In this document: piece by piece, positions 1-8,337 of the stretch
How positions within the stretch are numbered: position 1 is the stretch's first letter
Layout of the letters: each line of letters opens with the position of its first letter
From: a virus
Taxonomy: Duplodnaviria; Caudoviricetes
Length of the DNA stretch: 25,461 bases
Strand: one strand, 5' to 3'
IMG/VR virus record: IMGVR_UViG_3300011338_000435
Coordinates: 1-25,461 of that record
Notes under the pieces: model-generated
What the model was told of the DNA's origin: nothing
The model's input: the letters and a program-made list of their open reading frames with translations, nothing else
The model's database searches: none
Made by a program: the position numbers and the translations under genes

Positions 1-1
1 A

Positions 2-820
2 TCTCAATCTTGGTTGAAACAAGAATTTTATATACCACATGTACAAGGAACATTAGAACCAACTAAAATATTCATACAGGCGTTACCGACAGACAACAAG
101 TGGTTACCAGCAGAATATTTGGATATATTAAAGAACCTACCACCAAAACAAATGAAACGTTTATACCTTGGTGATTGGAACTACGAGACGGAAGAAGATA
201 GTTTATTTGATTTTGATAATATCAGTTCAAGTGTGTTCAAGTCAGCACCAAATGTAGATGATAAGAAGTTTATGAGTGTGGACGTAGCAAGGTTTGGTAG
301 TGATAGGTCCGTAGTGGTGATATGGGTGGGGAACGTCATCACCGAAATACTTACCTATACCAAACTATCAACAACAGATTTGAGTGAAGAAATAAAGGGT
401 CTAATACAGAAATACGGGGTACATCCATCCAATATAGTTGTGGATTCAGATGGCGTTGGTGGTGGAGTTGCGGACCAGATTAGAGGAAAGAACTTTATAA
501 ACAATGCAAGTCCATTACATAAACAAAACTATACCAACCTTAAAAGTCAGTGCTACATTAAGTTGAGCGAGATGTTTAAGGAGGGAAAGATTAGTATTAA
601 TATAATGGACCCTAATACAATAGACACATTAACACAAGAACTATTATCTGTAAGATTAAAAGACACAGATAAGGACAATAAGATTGGTGTTCATAGTAAG
701 GATGAAATGAAAAAGATATTGGGAACATCACCCGATATAAGTGATGCTGTTATGATGAAGATGTTATTTGAAGTGAGTAATACTAAATCAACAGGTAAAT
801 ATTCAATTTCATTTATCTAA
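2..820 (+). CDS. terL: Terminase large subunit, C-terminal part (5' truncated by window edge)
   Basis: Frame is open from nt 2 (SQSWLKQEFY...), so the TTG at 14 is not the true start. Contains the end of the ATPase domain (RLYLGDW) and RNase H-like nuclease motifs SVDVARFGSD, VVDSDGVGGGVAD, SPDISDA typical of phage TerL. Confidence 0.92.
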   Translation, partial: SQSWLKQEFYIPHVQGTLEPTKIFIQALPTDNKWLPAEYLDILKNLPPKQMKRLYLGDWNYETEEDSLFDFDNISSSVFKSAPNVDDKKFMSVDVARFGSDRSVVVIWVGNVITEILTYTKLSTTDLSEEIKGLIQKYGVHPSNIVVDSDGVGGGVADQIRGKNFINNASPLHKQNYTNLKSQCYIKLSEMFKEGKISINIMDPNTIDTLTQELLSVRLKDTDKDNKIGVHSKDEMKKILGTSPDISDAVMMKMLFEVSNTKSTGKYSISFI

Positions 821-841
821 AAAAAAGTGTATATTATATAT

Positions 842-1054
842 ATGAATATAGGAGATAAAACAAACAAACTAACACTAATCAAACGAACTGGTTTTATTAA
901 ATCAGGTAATAGTTATTATAAGACAGGTTTATTTCAATGTGAGTGTGGTAATGAGAAAATGATTATAATAAATAACGTTCAAAATAATAATACTAAATCG
1001 TGTGGATGTAACTACAAGATTAGTAATAAAGATAAAAAATGGGGAAGAAAATGA
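842..1054 (+). CDS. Small basic Cys-rich protein resembling the N-terminal domain of HNH/AP2 homing-endonuclease-type proteins
   Basis: GDKTNKLTLIKR...FQCECGNEK...TKSCGC matches the G-x-x-(F)-x-x-LT-V...C-x-CG...T-x-SCGC module. ATG at 842 preferred over GTG at 827. Its stop overlaps the next start (ATGA 1051-1054). Confidence 0.65.
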   Translation: MNIGDKTNKLTLIKRTGFIKSGNSYYKTGLFQCECGNEKMIIINNVQNNNTKSCGCNYKISNKDKKWGRK

Positions 1055-1764
1055 TAAAATTTAAATTGAACGATAAGGAGTACAAACTCCCTGAACACAT
1101 AACGATAGGACAATATATAAAGATATATAAGATAAAAGATTTATTTACTGAAGATTATTTTGCTGCTAAACTACTTAACTTGATATGTGATGTACCATTT
1201 GATGAAGTTATGGAAGCAGATTATCAAGAAGTACATTACTTGGCGTTAGAGATATTGAACTTATTACCATTAAAGACACCCAAGTTCAAGGATAGATTTA
1301 CTTTAGATGGTGTAAATTATGGGTTCTTTCCTAATTGGAGAGACCTAACCTTTGCTGAATTTATGGACCTTGATACAATCAGTACAAAAAAGAGTGATGA
1401 GTTATTAGATATGTTACACATATTGTGTGCAATAATGTATAGACAAATCACAGAAGAAAGGTCAGACCACGATTTTGATATTGAGAAATATGATATTAAG
1501 TCCATGCAGAAACGGGCAGAACTATTCAAAAACAAACTCAACTGTAACTATATCATTTCAGCACAGTTTTTTTTTATCAACTACGCAAAGAGATATTCAG
1601 GTTATTTCCAGCTGTCTTTGATCAAGACATTATCAATATGGACGAAGATAAAGCTCGTATGGTCCTTGAGGAAGATGATAATGAAAGGTCTTTTCAGAAA
1701 GTCTACGGATGGTTCATTGTCGTCAATAAACTATCTGGAAATGATTATACAAAACACAAAATAG
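1051..1764 (+). CDS. Putative tail assembly chaperone, unshifted product (237 aa)
   Basis: ATG at 1051 is coupled to the upstream TGA. Contains a T9 run (AQFFF) followed by an open -1 frame, the layout of lambda G/GT-type chaperones. Function is inferred from that layout. Confidence 0.6.
   Translation: MIKFKLNDKEYKLPEHITIGQYIKIYKIKDLFTEDYFAAKLLNLICDVPFDEVMEADYQEVHYLALEILNLLPLKTPKFKDRFTLDGVNYGFFPNWRDLTFAEFMDLDTISTKKSDELLDMLHILCAIMYRQITEERSDHDFDIEKYDIKSMQKRAELFKNKLNCNYIISAQFFFINYAKRYSGYFQLSLIKTLSIWTKIKLVWSLRKMIMKGLFRKSTDGSLSSINYLEMIIQNTK
1566..1575 (+). other. Candidate -1 ribosomal frameshift slippery site (G TTT TTT TTT)
   Basis: T TTT TTT heptamer in the frame of the 1051 ORF. The -1 frame has a TAA at 1545-1547 and is then open to 1865. 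Confidence 0.7.
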
Positions 1765-1865
1765 TATATGAGTCCAATGTGGTTGAAGTTCTAAACCAAC
1801 TATCCTTTTTGATAAACTACGATGAAGAGAAAGAAAGAATTATGAAACAATCAAATAATTCATAA
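1575..1865 (+). CDS. -1 frame extension of the chaperone gene (track ORF 1638..1865 is its distal part)
   Basis: Reads YQLRKEIFRLFPAVFDQDIINMDEDK...SFQKVYGWFIVVNKLS...VLNQLSFLINYDEEKE from the T run without a stop. The fusion product would be about 271 aa. Confidence 0.65.
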   Translation, partial: YQLRKEIFRLFPAVFDQDIINMDEDKARMVLEEDDNERSFQKVYGWFIVVNKLSGNDYTKHKIVYESNVVEVLNQLSFLINYDEEKERIMKQSNNS

Positions 1866-1880
1866 TACGCTTTTCGTTTT

Positions 1881-1890
1881 TTTATATTTA
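1881..1890 (+). promoter_or_regulatory. TTTATATTTA motif, putative promoter element
   Basis: Exact 10-mer, 5 nt before ATG 1896. Recurs before three other start codons. Confidence 0.55.
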
Positions 1891-1895
1891 CTTAT

Positions 1896-2900
1896 ATGGT
1901 CAACTACAAACAGATTATTCAGGATTTAAGTGGTATAGCTTATTATAACCCACAGATTAATTCTTTTGGTTATGGTGATATTACCCAACTTACAATGGAT
2001 ATAGAGACCAAACAGGAACCTGTATATATGAAAATGTATGTGGTACCAGGTCAAACTGTATTAGCACAGAATAGATTGGACTATAATTTCTCTATTATAA
2101 TATGTGATATTATCAACGCAGACCTATCTAATCAGGAAGATGTTATGTCCGACACATTGGAAACAGTTAAAGACGTATGGACCATATTATATCAATCATA
2201 TACAAAAGATTTTGGAGGGTTCAGTATAGATTATGAACCATTATGGAATAGTCCTGTTGAACCATTCTTGGAAAGATATGAGACCTTACTCGGTGGATGG
2301 ACATTGAATATAACAATAGAACAACCGTTTGACTACAATACTTGTGTATTACCAATATCAGGATTAACATTACCAACATCGGTGAATGAAGTTAATTACA
2401 AATTAATATTGGATGATTTAAAAGAGATTGCAAGAGCACATGAACAGATTAACTCTTATGGGTTTGGTGATGTAACACAATTAACATTAGACATTGAGAC
2501 GGAGAAAGAACCGTTATATACGAGGATGTGGATTATACCAGGTCAAACAACATTAGCACAGAATGAATTGATATATAATTTTCAAGTGGTAATAACGGAT
2601 ATAATTGAAGATGACTATTCAAATCAACGAGATGTGATGAATGATGGGTTAGAAATTTGTAAGGATATATTTACAGTATTGTATTTGAGTGAGTATGAAT
2701 CAGAATGGAACGCAACTTGTGAACCATTCCTTGAAAGGTTTGAAACTGTATTGGGAGGATGGACAATGAACTTACAATTAACACAACCATTTGATTATAA
2801 CAGATGTGTTCTTCCTGAATTACCATTCTACACAAATAAGAAATGGTATGAACTTGCGGAGTTATGGAACACAATATCAAAACAATGGAAAAAAGTATAA
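1896..2900 (+). CDS. Virion structural protein made of two tandem homologous domains (tail terminator/completion-like)
   Basis: Two halves of about 150 aa, each running VNYK...INS(F/Y)G(Y/F)GD(I/V)TQLT...PGQT...EPFLER(Y/F)ET...GGWT...PFDYNxCVLP. Acidic. The role is inferred from domain size and context. Confidence 0.6.
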   Translation: MVNYKQIIQDLSGIAYYNPQINSFGYGDITQLTMDIETKQEPVYMKMYVVPGQTVLAQNRLDYNFSIIICDIINADLSNQEDVMSDTLETVKDVWTILYQSYTKDFGGFSIDYEPLWNSPVEPFLERYETLLGGWTLNITIEQPFDYNTCVLPISGLTLPTSVNEVNYKLILDDLKEIARAHEQINSYGFGDVTQLTLDIETEKEPLYTRMWIIPGQTTLAQNELIYNFQVVITDIIEDDYSNQRDVMNDGLEICKDIFTVLYLSEYESEWNATCEPFLERFETVLGGWTMNLQLTQPFDYNRCVLPELPFYTNKKWYELAELWNTISKQWKKV

Positions 2901-2920
2901 ACAAAAAATATTAATATAAC

Positions 2921-5086
2921 ATGGGTCAATTAACAAATCTATATGTATCAAGTTCCTATCAAGGTCTTTTAAAGATGACTGATAGTACACAAGGATTAAC
3001 AAATACATTACAAACAATACAAACAGGTGATGGAGATAATAGTCCATTACAAATGAGTTTTACTGAAGTGAACATATCAGGTTCATTCTTTATCAATAAT
3101 GTTCCAATCACAAACGGAACTAATGGTACGTCAGGTACGAGTGGTAGTAACGGTAGTGATGGAAGTTCAGGAACATCAGGAAGTAACGGTAGTGATGGAA
3201 GTTCAGGAACATCAGGAAGTAATGGTAGTGATGGTAGTAGTGGAACATCAGGTTCTAATGGAACAGATGGTACATCAGGAACAAGTGGTAATAATGGTAC
3301 AGACGGTAGTTCAGGTACGTCAGGTTCTAATGGAACAGATGGTACATCTGGTTCAAGTGGAATAGCATTAGGTAGAACATTTTTCTTCAATCAATCACAA
3401 ACAAGTGATGTGAGTGGAAATAAAGTATTATCTGAAATACCAACAACTGGTTCAACACAAACGGTTACAACAAATTTAACAGGTTCACAAAAAAATGTAT
3501 TGGTTCAGAGTTATATCACACCTCAATTAGGATTTAATTTAATTCCAGCAGGTGTCCAACGTTTCCATTTACACTTATTAAAACCTGCACAAAATGATGA
3601 TATTGATGTTTATGTTACATTACAATTAACAAACTCAACAGGAGGAACAATAGGTTCTTTAATCACATCATCATCAAACTATATTACTTGGAATAGTGGA
3701 AACCCTGCAGAGGTTTATGTGGATGTTGTGTTCCCATCATTAAGTATAGACCCAACAAATAGAATGATGGTTAAAATATATTTGAATAATAATGAAAGTT
3801 CATCCAAGAGTGTTATATATTATACTGAAGGAAATGAATATTCATATGTTATTACATCAGTTGGTCAAGCATCAGGAACATCAGGAACCAGTGGTACATC
3901 AGGTAGTAATGGTACAAATGGTAGTTCAGGAACAAGTGGTGATAGTATATTTGCACTAACAGGTTCAGTATGGAACACAACTAATAATGTTGGTATTACA
4001 GGTTCATTATCAACATCACAAGATATATTAGTTAATGGTTTAACAGTAGGTAAAGGTGGTGGTAATGTACTTACAAATGTGGCAATTGGTGCTGGTGCTT
4101 TACGTTCAAATACAACTGCAACAAGTAATATAGCAATTGGTTCAGGTTCATTAGGTTTTTTTAGTATTGCTGGTTCAGGATTAAATACAGCAATTGGAAC
4201 TAATATTTTACCATTATTAGGTTCAGGTTCTTTCGCTAGTATTAATTCTATAAGTCAAAATACAATGATTGGTGGTAATTCAGGACAGGCAATGGTTTCA
4301 GGTTCAAGAAATACTGGTATTGGTGCTTTCTCTTTTCAGTCCGCTAATAATATAGAAAGAAATACAGGTTTAGGTAGAGGTGTTTTTTCAGCGTTAGGAT
4401 CGTCAAGTAATGGTAGTATTGGTTCTGGTTCAAGATATAATTCAGCTTTCGGTCATAATGCAATGTTTCAGTTTATATCAGGTTCAAATAATGTTGTTAT
4501 TAATGGAGGTTCAGCCGCAGGTGATGGATTTTTTCTTGGTAGTAAAAATAATATTATTGGACCAGACGGTCTTCTTCCAACAACAGGTTCAGCAAACACA
4601 ATTATTGGATATGGTTTAACACAAGCACAAATGGGAGGTGTTAATGCGTCAGGTTCAGTTGTTATAAGTGATGGTGATGGTAATATTGCTTTTAGCAAAT
4701 ATGGTATTACAGGTTCATTTAATATACCATCAAATACAAATATAACAGGTTCAGTTAATATTACAGGTTCAGTTCAAGGTAATGTTAATAGTTTATCAAT
4801 ATCATCACAAACGGCTTCGTTAAATTTAAACGATGGTAACTTCTTTACATTACAATTAGTAAGTGGTTCAGCAACACATATTAATCCATCAAATATTAAA
4901 GCAGGACAAACTATAAATATATTGTTAAATACAACAGGGTCAGGAACAGTAACATTCCCAACATCAGTATTACAAGTTTCAGGTTCATCATATGTACCTA
5001 CAACAACAACAAGTAAGGATATAATAACATTAATAAGTTTTGATAGTTCATCACTTTATTTAGCTAACGTTAAAAATTTAATATAA
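2921..5086 (+). CDS. Tail fibre / spike protein
   Basis: Gly-X-X (Ser/Thr/Asn/Asp) repeat blocks, a run of N-x-A-(I/L/F)-G beta-roll-like repeats (NVAIG, NIAIG, NTAIG, NTGIG, NTGLG, NSAFG), ITGS repeats and a compact beta-rich C-terminal domain. Confidence 0.75.
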   Translation: MGQLTNLYVSSSYQGLLKMTDSTQGLTNTLQTIQTGDGDNSPLQMSFTEVNISGSFFINNVPITNGTNGTSGTSGSNGSDGSSGTSGSNGSDGSSGTSGSNGSDGSSGTSGSNGTDGTSGTSGNNGTDGSSGTSGSNGTDGTSGSSGIALGRTFFFNQSQTSDVSGNKVLSEIPTTGSTQTVTTNLTGSQKNVLVQSYITPQLGFNLIPAGVQRFHLHLLKPAQNDDIDVYVTLQLTNSTGGTIGSLITSSSNYITWNSGNPAEVYVDVVFPSLSIDPTNRMMVKIYLNNNESSSKSVIYYTEGNEYSYVITSVGQASGTSGTSGTSGSNGTNGSSGTSGDSIFALTGSVWNTTNNVGITGSLSTSQDILVNGLTVGKGGGNVLTNVAIGAGALRSNTTATSNIAIGSGSLGFFSIAGSGLNTAIGTNILPLLGSGSFASINSISQNTMIGGNSGQAMVSGSRNTGIGAFSFQSANNIERNTGLGRGVFSALGSSSNGSIGSGSRYNSAFGHNAMFQFISGSNNVVINGGSAAGDGFFLGSKNNIIGPDGLLPTTGSANTIIGYGLTQAQMGGVNASGSVVISDGDGNIAFSKYGITGSFNIPSNTNITGSVNITGSVQGNVNSLSISSQTASLNLNDGNFFTLQLVSGSATHINPSNIKAGQTINILLNTTGSGTVTFPTSVLQVSGSSYVPTTTTSKDIITLISFDSSSLYLANVKNLI
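3116..3361 (+). repeat. Collagen-like Gly-X-X repeat, 27 triplets, including an exact 36-bp tandem duplication (3146-3217)
   Basis: agtaacggtagtgatggaagttcaggaacatcagga occurs twice plus a partial third copy. A second block of 7 triplets lies at 3875-3940. Confidence 0.9.
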
Positions 5087-5904
5087 TGAGATTTGCACCC
5101 TTTGCTTTTCAAAATAGTCAAGTAACAACGACACCAACATTTGATCCTAATAGTATTAGTAACCTTACTTTTTGGGTAGATTTTAGTAACCCTAATTTCT
5201 ATACAACAAGTGGTAGTAGTATTATAAATATCTATTCATTGGTGGGAGGAACTACAGGTCACACATTAGCAAGAGTTAATACAAGTAACAACTATTATAC
5301 ATTGGCTGCAGGATTATCAAATTCATCATTAAACACAGCAAAGGTTGTAACAAGACCAACAACATATAGAGCATCAAGTTGGAACACAGCAGATGACGCA
5401 GCAATTGTATTAGGAGCAAAAACAAATAATACATCATTTCCTGATGGAACAACATTTATGGTACTGAATAGAGGTACAATATCAACAGCAGGTTATTTAT
5501 TATCAAGATATAATGGTTCAACAGATAGAGGTGTAATGTATAACGTGGCAACAGGTTCAACAAATACCAATATCATTAGTTATGATTTTAACTCACCAGC
5601 GTATTTATTTTATAATACAACTGCATCAGCACATAACATTTTAACAAGAGTTAATAACTCGGCAACTGCAACAATATATAGAGGTAGTACACAAACAGGA
5701 ACAGGTTCAAAAAACGACACACAAAATAGAACAACAAGACAGTTTCATAATATAGGTATGTTTGGTTCCCCAACAGGAACAGGAGACACAACACCAGTGA
5801 ACGAACAATATTGTGAAATATTAATGTATAATAGAGTATTAGATAGTACAGAACTAACAACGGTTTGGAACTATCTATCAAATAAATGGAATATAACACT
5901 TTAA
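5086..5904 (+). CDS. Putative adsorption protein, concanavalin A/LamG-like beta-sandwich
   Basis: LTFWVDFS near the N-terminus and EILMYNRVLDSTE...VWNYLSNKW at the C-terminus are the bracketing motifs of phage LamG-like domains. Translationally coupled (TAATG) to the fibre gene. Confidence 0.65.
   Translation: MRFAPFAFQNSQVTTTPTFDPNSISNLTFWVDFSNPNFYTTSGSSIINIYSLVGGTTGHTLARVNTSNNYYTLAAGLSNSSLNTAKVVTRPTTYRASSWNTADDAAIVLGAKTNNTSFPDGTTFMVLNRGTISTAGYLLSRYNGSTDRGVMYNVATGSTNTNIISYDFNSPAYLFYNTTASAHNILTRVNNSATATIYRGSTQTGTGSKNDTQNRTTRQFHNIGMFGSPTGTGDTTPVNEQYCEILMYNRVLDSTELTTVWNYLSNKWNITL
5146..5904 (+). repeat. Dispersed direct repeat, copy 1 (paralogue of 13237..13995)
   Basis: Gap-free alignment at constant offset 8091 nt, about 72% aa identity by manual count over 252 aa. 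Confidence 0.95.
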
Positions 5905-5906
5905 CA

Positions 5907-6110
5907 ATGACAAATAGAGAAAAGATAGAACAATTTTTATCAGACCAATCAGTAGTAAATAATTTTTATTACATATCAGAAATAGATGAATCAACATTCA
6001 TCTATTATGTGGATTTTGTAAATCAAGAAAGTTTGGATGGAGCTTATGATATTACAGTTAATCCTGACGACACCATAACTTATGTAAGACATATTAGAGA
6101 CGCAGAATAA
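5907..6110 (+). CDS. Small acidic hypothetical protein
   Basis: Fills the gap between two genes. ATG 5907 lies just after the upstream TAA and its own TAA overlaps the next ATG. Confidence 0.6.
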   Translation: MTNREKIEQFLSDQSVVNNFYYISEIDESTFIYYVDFVNQESLDGAYDITVNPDDTITYVRHIRDAE

Positions 6111-6754
6111 TGGATATAGAAACTGTAGCAAATGTAATTGATGACGTTCTTAAAGGACTTATGGACGAAAAAATATACCCATATTCAGCCAAAAGAAGAT
6201 TTGGTATGGGTAATAAAGTCGCTACAGGTTCATTAAAAGCTTCAATCATGGTCGTACCCACATCAAGAAAGGGTGAGATTGTGTTTGAATTGTTTGCTAA
6301 TGACTATTTTCAATGGGTACAATCAGGTAGAGCCGCAGGAAAGAAAGGTGTTCCTATTGATGCAATATTAGATTGGATGAGTGCAAGAGGTATTATGGCT
6401 ACAGATATTAGTAATGTAAAATATAAATCACTACAATCTCAAGTTTCTACAGCGTATATTATCAACAAATCACGCATGAAGAAAGGGAAACATCCATTAC
6501 CAATGAAAGTACTATTGGATTGGATTAAAGAAAAGAATGTAAGGTTTAATATTGATTTACAAAAGGGTATGGCGTTTGCTATACAACGAAATATAAAAGA
6601 GTTTGGTATTTTACCAGCAAATATAGAAGATAAATTATACGATAGATTAGAATCAAGTACCGTATTTATGGACGCGTTAGAACAATATACGTTTGACCAA
6701 TTTGTAAATATGGTGGATAATATTTTTATCAGCACAAAAATAGAAACAATATGA
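6110..6754 (+). CDS. Putative neck / tail-completion protein (HK97 gp10-like)
   Basis: ATGSLKASI and DYFQWVQSGR fit the TG-x-L-x-x-SI ... Y-x-x-x-V-x-x-G pattern of this family. Basic helical insert with P-x-x-x-(I/L)-LDW. Confidence 0.6.
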   Translation: MDIETVANVIDDVLKGLMDEKIYPYSAKRRFGMGNKVATGSLKASIMVVPTSRKGEIVFELFANDYFQWVQSGRAAGKKGVPIDAILDWMSARGIMATDISNVKYKSLQSQVSTAYIINKSRMKKGKHPLPMKVLLDWIKEKNVRFNIDLQKGMAFAIQRNIKEFGILPANIEDKLYDRLESSTVFMDALEQYTFDQFVNMVDNIFISTKIETI

Positions 6755-8334
6755 GTTTAGGTTATACAACAATAGGTAGTGGAACAACAATTAACAGTTA
6801 TTCACAAATAAGAAGATCCGCTGATATGATATATCAACGAGGAAATACTTATAATATAAATTTAACTGGTAGTACATACATTCCATCATTAGAGATGGTT
6901 GTTGACCTTTATTCTAACGATAGTAAGGTTGGGTCAATGGCGGTGGTACCATATGATATAAGTCAATCAGGAGCAATATATACTTACAATTTTAATGTAA
7001 GACCATATGACTACTTATCAAATTATATCAATACAGAACATTATAGATTTTATTGGTTAAACGATTGGCAGACAACTAATACACAAATCAATATAAACAA
7101 TCCATATCCAAATAATATTAAAGCTAATTTCAAATATGGTTATAGATATTTGAGTGGAACAACATTACAAACAGAATGGACTGGTAGTACACCAACAAAT
7201 GATTTTAATCACTGGTCACCAATTCCTGATTGTCCAACAGTATATACAAGTTTTAGTGGTTATACAAACACAGGAAAGTATTTTGATTTAATAGGTGGAA
7301 CATTTCAATTACAAGAAAATTATATCATGCCCAATTTTGACCAAACAGTAGGTCAAGTTGCAGAACTTAACAACGGTAATTTTCAAACATTGGACACAAC
7401 TTTAAACTTGGCTCCAATTAGTCAATTCTTAATGAGTGGTCCATCGGTACCACAGCAAAGTGAGACAGGAAGATTTTTAACTGATGCTCCACGTATCCAA
7501 TCTATACAAACTGACGATAATTTCGTATTATATTACTTAAACGGATTAACAGGGGACAGACAATATACGGAAACTGATTTTGCTTTCTTTCAATTTTATG
7601 ATGAAAATAATAATAGAATCCAATATTTCTCACAACCATTAAACTATAGTGGAACAACATTTGATTCACCAACAGGAACAACAGATAATTTGACAATAAA
7701 CGCTTTACCATGTGGACCAATTGATATTAATAATATCTTCGCAACAATAGATTTTTCAACGGTTGCTTATTATACAGTTCAATTATGTTATGGGTTCTCA
7801 ACTAATAGTGCTAGTAGAGCTAATGGACCACAAGGACCTATTAGTGAAGTATTTTATTTTTATATTAATACAAACTGTTCACCTCAAAATGTTAGAATAG
7901 CTTTTTTAAATAATAGAGGTGCGTATGACTATTACACATTCACTGCGTATAGACAAGACACCAAAAAAATAACAAGACAAACTTATGATAGTAGATATTA
8001 TTCAACCAATCTTTCTAGTCCCGATAGAGATATGGGTAGAACCATTAAGACATTTGCTACAGATGTTGAACAGGAAATAGTATTGGAGTCAGATTTTATT
8101 AATGTACCAACAGGTAATTGGTTAGAACAAATGTTCTACTCACCTCAAGTGTATATCATGAACCCTGATTATATTTCACCAATAGATAGACAAGATAAGG
8201 TATATAAGGATTTACAACCAGTACAAATCTTATCAACCGAAGTGCAGACAATCACTAAAAAACATCAAAAATTAAATAAGTATAAAATAACAATGAAAGT
8301 TGCTAACAACTTTTTTGTTAATAAAGGTTTCTAA
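6751..8334 (+). CDS. Tail structural protein (distal tail / tail-tip component)
   Basis: 527 aa, beta-rich. C-terminal region RIAFLNNRGAYDYYTF...WLEQMFYSPQVY resembles tail proteins of Bacteroidota phages. Directly upstream of the large hub-like gene. Confidence 0.6.
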   Translation: MSLGYTTIGSGTTINSYSQIRRSADMIYQRGNTYNINLTGSTYIPSLEMVVDLYSNDSKVGSMAVVPYDISQSGAIYTYNFNVRPYDYLSNYINTEHYRFYWLNDWQTTNTQININNPYPNNIKANFKYGYRYLSGTTLQTEWTGSTPTNDFNHWSPIPDCPTVYTSFSGYTNTGKYFDLIGGTFQLQENYIMPNFDQTVGQVAELNNGNFQTLDTTLNLAPISQFLMSGPSVPQQSETGRFLTDAPRIQSIQTDDNFVLYYLNGLTGDRQYTETDFAFFQFYDENNNRIQYFSQPLNYSGTTFDSPTGTTDNLTINALPCGPIDINNIFATIDFSTVAYYTVQLCYGFSTNSASRANGPQGPISEVFYFYINTNCSPQNVRIAFLNNRGAYDYYTFTAYRQDTKKITRQTYDSRYYSTNLSSPDRDMGRTIKTFATDVEQEIVLESDFINVPTGNWLEQMFYSPQVYIMNPDYISPIDRQDKVYKDLQPVQILSTEVQTITKKHQKLNKYKITMKVANNFFVNKGF

Positions 8335-8337
8335 TAT

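Noticed and set aside
1866-1883. Terminator-like ACG-ctttt-CGT followed by Ts after the chaperone gene
   Set aside because: A stem of only about 3 bp is too weak to call.
2959-3390. Minus-strand 143-aa and alternate-frame 88-aa ORFs over the fibre repeat
   Set aside because: Shadows of the Gly-X-X repeat, which lacks stops in several frames.
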